IMG/VR virus record: IMGVR_UViG_3300045973_000170
Location: 1 to 62,841 of that record
From: a virus
Lineage: Duplodnaviria > Heunggongvirae > Uroviricota > Caudoviricetes
Strand: one strand, 5' to 3'
DNA length: 62,841 nt
Shown here: positions 19,352-29,205 of the stretch, in pieces
Layout: every line of letters starts with the position of its first letter
Numbering within the stretch: position 1 is the first letter of the stretch
Translations under genes and position numbers: made by a program
Notes under the pieces: model-generated
Databases searched by the model: none
Told to the model about the DNA's origin: nothing
What the model saw: the letters and a program-made list of their open reading frames with translations, nothing else

Positions 19352-20977
19352 TTAGAATTGAAGATAGAGTTTCACAGATTCGGTTTGATACAACTGACGC
19401 AAATAGGGGGACGTATTCTTGAGGTAGATAATGTCACCCGTCTTCTTATTGATTTCTGGGGCCACCAGAGAAACGATTGTTGCAAGATATGGCCCCGGAA
19501 TAGATGATGTAGTTTCATTGGCCAACACACTATTAACCGTAATATGATCAGAAATCGGTAACAATTTAACCACCGCTGTTTCTGGGTAGGGGTTCTTTTC
19601 AACTACTACAAAACGACCACCCGTATCTGAAACGATAATATCATCGATGTTGTAGTTGGCTATGTCGGTAACAGTGATCTTGTAACAAGAATCTCCTGTT
19701 GTTTCGGTAAACACGTTTCCATACACGCCGTATGCTCTAATGTTCTTGACCACACCAATCTGTCTGAAATCATTCCCATGAAAGAAGTCGCCTTCTGGGG
19801 TTGGCGGGGTGAATGGTGTTTCCACTTCTACCACGATACCCACAACAGACGCCAGTAACTCAGTTGGGACGTTTCCACCATGTCCCCAAATGGGGCTGAT
19901 GATGGATCTAAGAACAGCATTTTCTCCGGAGCCTGTTGAAACGATAGAGGCATAGGTATAACCCTTACCCATGTTGCTTGTTGATATGCTTTCAATTTCT
20001 CCTGAATCGTTAATCACCACAATCAGTGTAGCCCCAGACCCGTCACCCTCGACTGCAAACTGCGAATCGGCTGAGTAATTCTGACCACCATCAAGAATAT
20101 CGATAAACTCAATTGCTCCCGCTGTTGCTTGTGCTGTAGCGGAAACCATTACATTGGGGTCTTCTGGAATTGGGCCGTCAGGCTCAAGATTGGCAGTAGC
20201 TACACAATCTGTTCCGCTGTCGCTAATCAATGTGATGAATGCAAAGGAATATCCATGACCCTCTTGGATCACTTGAATACCATTCACTTCACCATAGGTA
20301 TTGATAGTGGATGTGGCATATGCTCCTGTTCCGTCACCAGTAATCACAACATTCGGTGGAGTGGTATAACCACTACCAGAATTGTTGATTGTGACATCTT
20401 TAATATGTCCCATCACATCAAACTGAACATTTGATGGAATGAAACGAATGGGAAGATACGAAGATGTGTTATTTGAATCAACGAATTTTTCCCTATCTGT
20501 TTCGGGAATCAGGTACACCATCTTCCACCAATACCCATCGGACGTTCTAAACTTTTCTGTTCCTGTAGCGTCGGCTGGCTTGATCGTTGAGGGGACGGGG
20601 GCTGTCCCATCGACGTAATCTTGGCGATTCAAGCACTTGTAGATGCAATAGTTATCCTCATTGTACACATAGAAATTCAGTGTTGAGAGGTCTTCATCGT
20701 CACTGTACCGATCATAGGTTGTTCCCGTTTCCCACAACACCTTAGGAATCAAAAATACCACATCATTTGCCCCAATTCTCTTGACGGCAAGCATTTCCCG
20801 ATGAGCTTCAGCATCAGCTTCCCGTGTGTCAACAACCGTTGGTGGGTTATTGTCATCTGGCCAATGTTCAGTTTTTCCAAAAAAGATATGGAAAACATCA
20901 TTTTCGTTCGTTACATCCCGAAGGAAGGAACGAGCCGCCTCTGTCTTTAGCTTGATTAACGTCGGTGATGTAGGCAT
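19352..20977 (-). CDS. gp8: Baseplate wedge subunit gp8-like
   Basis: W.DDNNPP, W..GTTYDRY, YKCL, DGYWWKMVY, FRQIGVVKN; follows gp7. Confidence 0.8.
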   Translation of the reverse strand: MPTSPTLIKLKTEAARSFLRDVTNENDVFHIFFGKTEHWPDDNNPPTVVDTREADAEAHREMLAVKRIGANDVVFLIPKVLWETGTTYDRYSDDEDLSTLNFYVYNEDNYCIYKCLNRQDYVDGTAPVPSTIKPADATGTEKFRTSDGYWWKMVYLIPETDREKFVDSNNTSSYLPIRFIPSNVQFDVMGHIKDVTINNSGSGYTTPPNVVITGDGTGAYATSTINTYGEVNGIQVIQEGHGYSFAFITLISDSGTDCVATANLEPDGPIPEDPNVMVSATAQATAGAIEFIDILDGGQNYSADSQFAVEGDGSGATLIVVINDSGEIESISTSNMGKGYTYASIVSTGSGENAVLRSIISPIWGHGGNVPTELLASVVGIVVEVETPFTPPTPEGDFFHGNDFRQIGVVKNIRAYGVYGNVFTETTGDSCYKITVTDIANYNIDDIIVSDTGGRFVVVEKNPYPETAVVKLLPISDHITVNSVLANETTSSIPGPYLATIVSLVAPEINKKTGDIIYLKNTSPYLRQLYQTESVKLYLQF

Positions 20978-21000
20978 ATGATTGTGTTAGGATATGAGAC

Positions 21001-21008
21001 TATTTATA
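21001..21008 (-). promoter_or_regulatory. Late promoter TATAAATA
   Basis: Exact consensus between gp7 and gp8. Confidence 0.75.
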
Positions 21009-23066
21009 CTAGTTTTGTGATGGTGTTGGAGTCAACGACGGAGTCACAGACGGTGTTACCGTTGGTGTTCGTGTTGGAGTTACCGAAGGTGTTCGCGTGA
21101 CTGATGGTGTCACGGTAGGCGTTGGTGTCACTGAAGGTGTGATAGATGGTGTTCGCGTAATAGACGGGGTGATTGATGGGGTCACGGTGTTTGTTGGTGT
21201 CACAGACGGTGACCACCCAACACTAGCACTTGGGGTAGCTGACGGTGTCACAGATGGTGTTTTTGATGGTGTATGTGACGGAGTTGGTGACGGTGTGCGT
21301 GACGGTGTCACTGTTGGGGTCACTGATGGTGACCATCCAACACTTGAGCTTGGAGTATTTGATGGTGTTACAAAAGGTGTGGCCGTCAACGACGGAGTAG
21401 CAGACGGCGACCATCCAACACTAGCACTTGGGGTAGCACTCGGTGTTACTGATGGCGACCACCCGATGCTAACACTCGGGGTTATTGATGGGGTTGGTGT
21501 TGGACTTACCATGACTGTTTCCAAAACCTCTTCAATTGATGTAACACCAACATCCAATGGTGTATCTTCCTCAATGTTCAAATTCGCAAAAAGAATAAAG
21601 CCAGCGGGGTGGTTTGTCTTGCTGAATGAATCCTTCCACTCGTCAAGCCCATGGTGACTATGCACCATATAGGAGTATGGCTGATAGAAGAAGTTGTCTT
21701 GCAACTTGTTGATTTCTGACAGCAAGCTGAAGCTCTCTACATAACGCCCCGGCTCAATGTATAGATAACCAGTATTGAACGTTACAGAAGCCGTATTTCC
21801 ACCGCTGTACGATTGAAAGTCAAACACGACTTCGTTCACCGGACGGTGATTGATCAACAATTCCTTCGGAAAAGTGTAGGTCAACCACGATGGGGTTGGA
21901 ATCTCCATGTAATCATCAGATGGATTGCTATGAATGACAAAATATTGTGGTTCAAAGTATTCCCTAACAGAGAATCGTTGACCCGTGGTGACAATTTGAA
22001 TGTGACGAATCTGATTATTTCTTGACATGACAGTGTAAGTGTCAAACATATCAAGCGTATAACTCTGGGCAAAGTATGGGGAAACATTTTCTGAAATGAT
22101 ATTTCTCACACGAATGATAGCGTTGTTCAATTCCAATGATGGGGTGACATATGCGTATTCACCCACGATGTTGACCGTATACCAATCGGCAGGAATCCCA
22201 ATGTCGTATTCGAAGTACTCACCTGTAGTTCCACCTTCATTGACGTAGAACGCCTCTCCAACTCTGAAGTTTGTGCCACCAACATCAATTGACTTGACAC
22301 TTACCAACTGCTTTGAAAGAATACCACAGGTATCCCAATTTTCATTGTCACCAACTGGTGCTAAGTTCATTTTCACATATAGGTGACTGTCATAAATCGT
22401 TTCTGTGGCAAGGTCTTCCGAAGGGTCAGGCTCAATAGCATTATCAGGAAAGATTACATCACCGTTCATTTCCACATCTAGTCTGAAGATGTTTGGTGCA
22501 GAAAGTTGCACCACATCCAAACAGGCTAGTGGAATGGTGTGCAACGTATTTCCCACGCCTTCTTCATAGACAGTGTATTGAATGATGATCTTTCGACCAA
22601 TCATATCAAAAGGACTGTGGAGAGCGTTAGGAAAGTTGGTAGTATCAACCTTCAGGCTCTTCTTCTGTTTCCAGTTACCACCAGACGCTACTAAGCGATA
22701 ATCACCCGGATACTTGATCGTGGCCTGATCATTGAACATGAAGCGGAAGAACAACTCAGAGGCATTTTCAGACCCCTTGGCTTCATAGAATTCACTGATA
22801 AACTTAATCAACCTCTTGATATCCACCAATGTTGATTGGGGAATGTCGATGATGTACTGCTTTTGAAATTCAGGAATGAAGGCGTCAAGCGTATTATCAA
22901 TATCTGTCCATGTGTCTGTGTTGAGCAACACATCATTCGCCTCATCTGATTCTTCTAGAAACAGATAATAGGATTGAATGAATGACACGAAGACAGGGTA
23001 GTTGTCCCGAACGTATTCGGGTACCTGTCCTGAAATGAAGTGATGAAGCTTATGACGGAATGACAT
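21009..23066 (-). CDS. gp7: Baseplate wedge initiator gp7-like with C-terminal TPS mucin-like tail
   Basis: QVPEYVRDNYPVFVSFIQSYY, FYEAKGS, LQDNFFYQPYSY, HPAGF; last ~165 aa are T/P/S repeats. Confidence 0.75.
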   Translation of the reverse strand: MSFRHKLHHFISGQVPEYVRDNYPVFVSFIQSYYLFLEESDEANDVLLNTDTWTDIDNTLDAFIPEFQKQYIIDIPQSTLVDIKRLIKFISEFYEAKGSENASELFFRFMFNDQATIKYPGDYRLVASGGNWKQKKSLKVDTTNFPNALHSPFDMIGRKIIIQYTVYEEGVGNTLHTIPLACLDVVQLSAPNIFRLDVEMNGDVIFPDNAIEPDPSEDLATETIYDSHLYVKMNLAPVGDNENWDTCGILSKQLVSVKSIDVGGTNFRVGEAFYVNEGGTTGEYFEYDIGIPADWYTVNIVGEYAYVTPSLELNNAIIRVRNIISENVSPYFAQSYTLDMFDTYTVMSRNNQIRHIQIVTTGQRFSVREYFEPQYFVIHSNPSDDYMEIPTPSWLTYTFPKELLINHRPVNEVVFDFQSYSGGNTASVTFNTGYLYIEPGRYVESFSLLSEINKLQDNFFYQPYSYMVHSHHGLDEWKDSFSKTNHPAGFILFANLNIEEDTPLDVGVTSIEEVLETVMVSPTPTPSITPSVSIGWSPSVTPSATPSASVGWSPSATPSLTATPFVTPSNTPSSSVGWSPSVTPTVTPSRTPSPTPSHTPSKTPSVTPSATPSASVGWSPSVTPTNTVTPSITPSITRTPSITPSVTPTPTVTPSVTRTPSVTPTRTPTVTPSVTPSLTPTPSQN

Positions 23067-24961
23067 TAGAGTTCAGAGAATGGAATAGAAGTAATGTTTA
23101 ATCCGGCGTTCAAACCGATGGCCACATTGATTTCGCTATCATCCAATTCGATGATGATGTTCTTGGCGGGAGCAGGAAACACCGCACTGGTGGATTGCTC
23201 AGTCGCAGAAATTACGCTTGGGGAAATGTTTTTTGACAAGCTCTGAGGAACAGCGTTTATTCGCACATCGGTGATATTTCCAAGGTATGAAGTGATGTTC
23301 AAATCTGAAAAACTCATAATTCCTGTCTTGTAGTTTACGGTTCCCAAATTAGGAACCAACACAATGTTCGTTCCATACTCCAAAAGCTTCAAGGTTCCTG
23401 TTCCTGTAAAACTCTCAATGACCCCATCATGAAAATCCTTGATATAGGCGTTATATGAAATGCCATTAACCAGTGATACAAACACGGTACTTGAAATACT
23501 ATCCGGTTCCAAAGAGGCCAAGAATCTAAGGTTCTTCGTGGTGTTGAAAGATGCGTTCTTCGTCACACGATTCTGAATTCGCATGTTCACCAAGACACCC
23601 AAAATGGTTGGATTGATACCAGTAATTACATCCACCAACTGTGAGAAGAAGAATGTTTTGTCAAGGGTGGAAAGATTCGTTGCAAAGAACTCGGTAATTC
23701 GGCTATGGGCCAACGCTGTCAATTCGGTTGATGAAAGGTTGGTGAGATTGGCATTGTAGGAAATGACCACATCAAATCCAAGATAGATGAACTCTGGATC
23801 AACAAATTCATGTTGAATAGACATGACACTGCGTGGACGTAAAATCTTGTCGATGATGTACTTCTTGTCTGTATCCGTAATGTAATACTCATTAGATGGA
23901 TCAATGGTGATGAATACCTTACCATAAACAGGAGGGATGTTTTCTTCTCCACCCCAGACTGCAATGGCGTTTGCCTTATAGTTGATATTGGAATCCGCAA
24001 GAATCAACGCTTTGTAATCTTGAGTGGTGACAGCGCGATTGCGTGTGCTGTTGTACTTGGGGGCATTGAAGCGAATGCTGTCAATGGTTTCCTTCTCTGC
24101 ACCAGCACCAGCCACATCAACCGTAGTGATACCAACGGCTGATGTACCAGCAATCGTTCCACTCAAAGTGAAGGTTCTGATTCCGTTTGACGCACTACCA
24201 TTACATCCAATGTAGTACAAGGTGACAATATTACCGACAACCAACTCCTGTCCGATGACCCCGTCCCCAAAGATGATCTGATACTTGCCTTCTGAATTTT
24301 CTTCAACCCAGAAAACCTTGCTGGTGTCAATCACATCAATGACTGTTAGGGAACGGGTGAAGACAGTGTATTCTTCAACGTTTATTGCAGTCTTGATTAC
24401 CACCCGAAGAGTGGATAGGTCAACATTGACCACCGGAATAACGAATGGCCCCTGTGTGTTATCCGCTGAAACTGTGAATGCGTTCTGAAGGCGAGTACCC
24501 TCAACAAGACTCACAGACGGAAATGTGGCGAGATACCCACCCGTAATGGCGTCTGGGGTTACTGTAACTGCTTGCTCCACGTTGAACGTGAAGGGGGTTC
24601 CGTTGTTTGTTGCCGAAAACTTAGTCGTTGTATCAACAGTTACAGGGGATGATGTGGGGGTGGGAACTGTTAGGGCAACCGTGGTGCGTGAAGCGGAGAA
24701 GGAACGAGGGATGTACCCCATCGTCTTGGCAATGGAAACTACTGAAGAACGCTTAATGGCTGTGTCAATGAACATCTCATTGGACATAAGATGAGCCAAG
24801 ATTGCATTGTAGTGGGTATTATAAGCCAGCACATCAATCAACACATTCAAACCGGAACCATCAAAATCATAGTCCATAAACTCGGACTGTGCTTTCATGA
24901 AGTTCTTTAGGTTCGTCTTGATTGTTTCGAAATCAAGTTCAGTAACTCGTAGGTCTGACAT
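23066..24961 (-). CDS. gp6: Baseplate wedge subunit gp6
   Basis: ELDFETIKTNLK...DYDFDGSGLNVLIDVLAYNTHY; RFNAPK...RAVTTQDY; VWGGEEN.PPVYGKVFI. Confidence 0.92.
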   Translation of the reverse strand: MSDLRVTELDFETIKTNLKNFMKAQSEFMDYDFDGSGLNVLIDVLAYNTHYNAILAHLMSNEMFIDTAIKRSSVVSIAKTMGYIPRSFSASRTTVALTVPTPTSSPVTVDTTTKFSATNNGTPFTFNVEQAVTVTPDAITGGYLATFPSVSLVEGTRLQNAFTVSADNTQGPFVIPVVNVDLSTLRVVIKTAINVEEYTVFTRSLTVIDVIDTSKVFWVEENSEGKYQIIFGDGVIGQELVVGNIVTLYYIGCNGSASNGIRTFTLSGTIAGTSAVGITTVDVAGAGAEKETIDSIRFNAPKYNSTRNRAVTTQDYKALILADSNINYKANAIAVWGGEENIPPVYGKVFITIDPSNEYYITDTDKKYIIDKILRPRSVMSIQHEFVDPEFIYLGFDVVISYNANLTNLSSTELTALAHSRITEFFATNLSTLDKTFFFSQLVDVITGINPTILGVLVNMRIQNRVTKNASFNTTKNLRFLASLEPDSISSTVFVSLVNGISYNAYIKDFHDGVIESFTGTGTLKLLEYGTNIVLVPNLGTVNYKTGIMSFSDLNITSYLGNITDVRINAVPQSLSKNISPSVISATEQSTSAVFPAPAKNIIIELDDSEINVAIGLNAGLNITSIPFSEL

Positions 24962-25359
24962 TAGCGTAATCTCTGCAATGTGAAGGAAAATGTGACAGGT
25001 GTTGGAATGCCAATAATGTTCACCTGAAGATAGATGAAGTACGCATTATCTTCTTCTTTTGGGGTTACCTCAAGTAAATCTAATGTCACCCGTGGCTCAT
25101 GATTCTGAAGGACTTGTTCAATGGAACGTTTCAAGACTTCAGTGGTAATAGGATCAATAGGTTCAAAGAGCAATCGGGGCAGTGGTGATCCATCCTCAGG
25201 GTGAAATAGACGCTCACCGAAGTAGGTATTGATCAACAACATGACCGATTGCTTAACCGCATTGACATCCAACGTCTTCGTTACATCGTGGGTATCCGGA
25301 TGCAAAAAGAAGTTTAAGTCAAGGTCTTTATAGAGTCGATAAGGGGTAAGTTTTGCCAT
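24961..25359 (-). CDS. gp25: Baseplate wedge subunit gp25
   Basis: YKDLDLNF..HP, AVKQSV..LI.T..GERLFHP.DGS, HEPRV. Confidence 0.9.
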   Translation of the reverse strand: MAKLTPYRLYKDLDLNFFLHPDTHDVTKTLDVNAVKQSVMLLINTYFGERLFHPEDGSPLPRLLFEPIDPITTEVLKRSIEQVLQNHEPRVTLDLLEVTPKEEDNAYFIYLQVNIIGIPTPVTFSFTLQRLR

Positions 25360-25364
25360 AAGGA

Positions 25365-25372
25365 TATTTATG
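25365..25372 (-). promoter_or_regulatory. Variant late promoter CATAAATA
   Basis: One mismatch to consensus, intergenic upstream of gp25. Confidence 0.5.
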
Positions 25373-25374
25373 CG

Positions 25375-27315
25375 TTAAGCACATGGGGGTGGAATGATAA
25401 ACCCAATGTATGAACGAGGGGTTTTGTAAAAAACACCACAACCATTACGATTAAATCCACCCCCTGAAGTGTTACCTTCAATGGTGGTAATCTTACCATT
25501 CTTATCTACGGCTGACACAATACCAATGTGGTGGGCGGCTCCGGGTGGGCCATAGAGAACTGCCGCACCGACCTTGGGAGTCTGTGAAAAGTACCCTTTC
25601 GATCTTCCCCACGATTCCCAATTCTTACATGAAGCTGAACCACTTGGAACAGGCAAACCAGCGGCCTTCCACCATGCGGTAACCGCAGAGGCACACCAGT
25701 AGTAACCCTCGCCCTTACGTTTGACTTCAGCCTTGTTATCCAAACCAGCCGTCGCACACATTTCATCAATACGCCCAAAGACACCTTCAGGAAGTGCGCC
25801 ACCACCAGCCTTACCACCGTAATTCTTTCCGGGGGGTGTACCCGTTTCCAAAATACCGATATCCTTTTTAGCCATTTCAACTACCCTCAACCCCACAGAA
25901 CAAAGGAAGTCCTTGGGGGTATTCTCCGTGGCTCCATCATCCGGCTTCACCGGAGCAGACACTACAGCATTGCTTGTCAACTCTTCGTTCTTCAAGTTGG
26001 CATATTCTTGAGCCACTTGTCTTCCGGCTGGTTGCATTTTCTTATCATTAGCGGCGGCTTGTGCTTTGAACGCCTCAATCTTAAAGGCTTTCTTCTGGGC
26101 CGCAGAAAGTACAAATCCAAGGTCTGGGAAGGAGGGTTCTGTTGGGGATGCCTTGGGAACAGGATTTGGAACTACTGGCTCTGATACAACACCGACTGCC
26201 GCCTTTGCACCAGCCGCCGTAGCGATAGCCGCAACGGAAATGGTCAAATTCTTCTGTTGGAAAATGGCGTCCATGGCCGCTGTAATAGCCTTGACCGCAA
26301 AGGTAGCAATCGTTTCAAAATAGATAGCGGCCTGTGCTTTGAACCCCATGGTGGTTCCAGCTTCCAAGTGAACAGACGTTTGTGACTTGGCATCCAAGGT
26401 TAACCCCTGCACCTTGACACCAGCTTTACTCTTCACCAAAATATCTCCACCCGCTGTCACATTGACTTTACCAGCCACATTCAGCGTGTAATCTTTGTGT
26501 ACATCAGTGTTCATCGAACCATCAACTTGCAAATTACAGTTGTTCTTAACGTAGATGTTACAGCTTCCGTCAACAGTAACGTTCATCTTCCCCTTGATAT
26601 AGAGGAAACCATTGCGTTCTAGTACTTCATAGTTGTCACCGATTATTCGTGTGACTCTGGTTCCATTTCGATCAACTTCTGTAAAAGTTCCGGTGCTATG
26701 AAATGAATGTATTCGTTCAGCATCCGGAGTGTCATCGAATTCCTGAACGTGTCCGGATTCTGTAGCATGTACATGATTAAAGGGGTAGGTAGCGGCATAT
26801 GGACTTTTCGGTTCATCCCATGTTCCTTGATCCCGTGAGAGAGCGATAGCAGTTGATCGTTTCGCATCTTTCTCATCGACAAATGGGGAACGAACCCCTC
26901 TTGCCAAACGGTTAGTATCAGGCTCATCCAAGAGTTCCGTAATCGGATAAACCTTTTTCGGGTCTTGAAATCCTTGAGTAGGTGGAATAGAATCGTAGTA
27001 TGCAGTTTGAGGGATACCAGCCAAGGTACCAATAACCATAGGTTCCTGATTGTCCTTTCCGTCAGCAAAGAATCCAAGTACCCATGTGCCTTCTACTGGC
27101 CCTAATGGGGTTGTTCCAATACCTGTCATAGCCGCAGACGTAATCGGTTGTACCATGGATGCCCACGGTAAATCATCTGTTGGGAGAATGGTTTTGTCCG
27201 AATCATGATACCCCACGATACGCACCTTGCAACGGCCAAGCTGTAGAGGGTCTTGTCGATCCTCTACTACACCTGTCCACCAAAAGAAACCACCATTGTC
27301 AAAGAAATTGGCCAT
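25375..27315 (-). CDS. gp5: Baseplate central spike gp5 with C-terminal CHAP-like amidase domain
   Basis: WWTGVVEDRQDPLQLGRCKVRI OB-fold; YPFNHVHATESGH..EFDDTP; C-terminal YWCASAV...HIGIV...TIEGNT. Confidence 0.88.
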   Translation of the reverse strand: MANFFDNGGFFWWTGVVEDRQDPLQLGRCKVRIVGYHDSDKTILPTDDLPWASMVQPITSAAMTGIGTTPLGPVEGTWVLGFFADGKDNQEPMVIGTLAGIPQTAYYDSIPPTQGFQDPKKVYPITELLDEPDTNRLARGVRSPFVDEKDAKRSTAIALSRDQGTWDEPKSPYAATYPFNHVHATESGHVQEFDDTPDAERIHSFHSTGTFTEVDRNGTRVTRIIGDNYEVLERNGFLYIKGKMNVTVDGSCNIYVKNNCNLQVDGSMNTDVHKDYTLNVAGKVNVTAGGDILVKSKAGVKVQGLTLDAKSQTSVHLEAGTTMGFKAQAAIYFETIATFAVKAITAAMDAIFQQKNLTISVAAIATAAGAKAAVGVVSEPVVPNPVPKASPTEPSFPDLGFVLSAAQKKAFKIEAFKAQAAANDKKMQPAGRQVAQEYANLKNEELTSNAVVSAPVKPDDGATENTPKDFLCSVGLRVVEMAKKDIGILETGTPPGKNYGGKAGGGALPEGVFGRIDEMCATAGLDNKAEVKRKGEGYYWCASAVTAWWKAAGLPVPSGSASCKNWESWGRSKGYFSQTPKVGAAVLYGPPGAAHHIGIVSAVDKNGKITTIEGNTSGGGFNRNGCGVFYKTPRSYIGFIIPPPCA

Positions 27316-27316
27316 G

Positions 27317-28684
27317 TTACACCGGATTCTTGAAGGAGTCCTTCATCATTTCCAAAAACATCGTATGCTTATTCAACTTAAACGAATGACGAATAGCCGT
27401 CACTAGATACAACCCTGAGATGAATGGGTCAAGGGCATTCTCTTCCTGCGACACATCGTTCTTATCAATAGCCTTGGGATACAAGAAATCAATCAAGACA
27501 CCAACCTCAATGTCTGTTCGTCCGGGGACTTCAATCTCAATGTGAAACTTCGTCGCTTCAAAGAGCAATGAGTTGCGCTGAATCATCCACTTCTCGTACA
27601 TGGGATCATCTTGATCGTTGTGAAGCTTGTATGCTTTGGTTCTCACTACGTTCTTAACAGAGGTATCTCTCGCCATCTTTGAGGGGTAACTTTGGTTGGT
27701 CGGATCGCCCAAATGTTTGAAGTCCTTGTAGCTATTGTAGTAGTCTACAGGATACTCCTGATAAGTCTTCAGGATGTAATCTTGAGTGATCATCGTTCCC
27801 GCATAGTATCCGAAGTCCTGTCCATCCAGCACATTGAAGTAACTGTAAGGGGCAATGTTTCGAACGATATTGTACTGCTTGGTAAGTTCTGGCTTCGAAT
27901 AGAGATACTTACTATTGGGCCGGATCGTCTTGGCTGAATATGTTGGTGCATAGGTGTATTCAGCAAACACCCCACCCTTCGTTTTCTGCTTCTCAATCAA
28001 CTCTTCGATGCTGGCGAACCTGAAAGACTTGTTCGTTTCGAAAAAAAGAAATGAAGGGGCTTCTGTGGAATTGATGAAGCTACGGTGCGCTACCCAATTG
28101 ATGCACTTCAACGGACTCCAAGAACATGCTACAAACGATACGGAAGACCCATGGGGATTTCCACTGGTGACCACAGGAGTATTTGATGAATCACTGCTTC
28201 CCACAAGACGCTTGACCGAAAGGTACTCGGTGAAAATCTTCTTAACCACTTCATCTGTCGTACCCACAAACTTCTTGGTGAGGTTGGTGACGTTATCGAT
28301 GAATGCTTCCATCGACATAAAGGAAATGGTATACCCCTGTTCCACATCGCTCTTTGTGAAGATACGATCATCGATTGAAGTAATCTTGAAGGTCTTACGA
28401 ATACTATCCGTAAATGTTGGGGTGCGAAATGAGAGAGTGATAGTCTCAGTACCCACCAATGGAATTTTGGTAATCAGGTTGGTGGCATCCTTGATATACA
28501 CATGTCCCATCATGGTGTTGGAGAAGATATCCTCAAACAACACGGTTTCCATAACGAAGTTGGTGATGTTGATAGCCTCACCCTTGTCTGTCATGATGAC
28601 AATGGCTTCGGTAATCAAATCTCCGGGTTCGTTGATCTGCTCAAGATTGACATTTGAGCTTGGAATGAATGCGGGGTTGCCCAT
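27317..28684 (-). CDS. Putative baseplate hub protein
   Basis: FEDIFSNTMMG, FFETNKSFRF, IEVPGRTDIEVG, SGLYLVTAIRH; position between gp53 and gp5. Confidence 0.7.
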   Translation of the reverse strand: MGNPAFIPSSNVNLEQINEPGDLITEAIVIMTDKGEAINITNFVMETVLFEDIFSNTMMGHVYIKDATNLITKIPLVGTETITLSFRTPTFTDSIRKTFKITSIDDRIFTKSDVEQGYTISFMSMEAFIDNVTNLTKKFVGTTDEVVKKIFTEYLSVKRLVGSSDSSNTPVVTSGNPHGSSVSFVACSWSPLKCINWVAHRSFINSTEAPSFLFFETNKSFRFASIEELIEKQKTKGGVFAEYTYAPTYSAKTIRPNSKYLYSKPELTKQYNIVRNIAPYSYFNVLDGQDFGYYAGTMITQDYILKTYQEYPVDYYNSYKDFKHLGDPTNQSYPSKMARDTSVKNVVRTKAYKLHNDQDDPMYEKWMIQRNSLLFEATKFHIEIEVPGRTDIEVGVLIDFLYPKAIDKNDVSQEENALDPFISGLYLVTAIRHSFKLNKHTMFLEMMKDSFKNPV

Positions 28685-29205
28685 TATTTGATGATCAGTG
28701 TGTCAAAGATAGAAACAAATTGTTGAAGATATTGAGAATCCAACATCTTGATGTTGCGCTTATCATTATTGATGCCTTCCTCATATTCAATAACTGTTAC
28801 AGGGACAGCACCAGCAAAATTTGAATCCACTTCAAACAATGTCGCAGGATCAATATAGTGATGAACCGCATTGACATTGTCATAATTATCAGCCAAGTAT
28901 TCATTGAACTCTTCGTTGTCCATGGGCCATTCCTCGCGCACATTGACAATATCATTCACAAGGAGAATCACCCAATGATAGTAGGCAGACCCATAGAACT
29001 CATGGGCAATCTTCTCAGGGGTTTCCCCATCCTTGATCACATACGGTACCACGCCATTCGTAATCTCCCCAAATCCTCTTCCCGTGCGAACACGCCGGAA
29101 GAAATCAGTGATGACAACCTGACGCTGAATCTTAGAAGTAGACCCTATCGGCCCCATAGGGCCAGCAATGGTCATGTACAAAGGGAACTTCTGAAAATAG
29201 GACAT
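28684..29205 (-). CDS. gp53: Baseplate wedge protein gp53
   Basis: MSYFQKFP; Y.IKDGETPEKIA..FYGS..YHWVILLVN; HHY; EEGINNDKRNIKML. Confidence 0.88.
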   Translation of the reverse strand: MSYFQKFPLYMTIAGPMGPIGSTSKIQRQVVITDFFRRVRTGRGFGEITNGVVPYVIKDGETPEKIAHEFYGSAYYHWVILLVNDIVNVREEWPMDNEEFNEYLADNYDNVNAVHHYIDPATLFEVDSNFAGAVPVTVIEYEEGINNDKRNIKMLDSQYLQQFVSIFDTLIIK

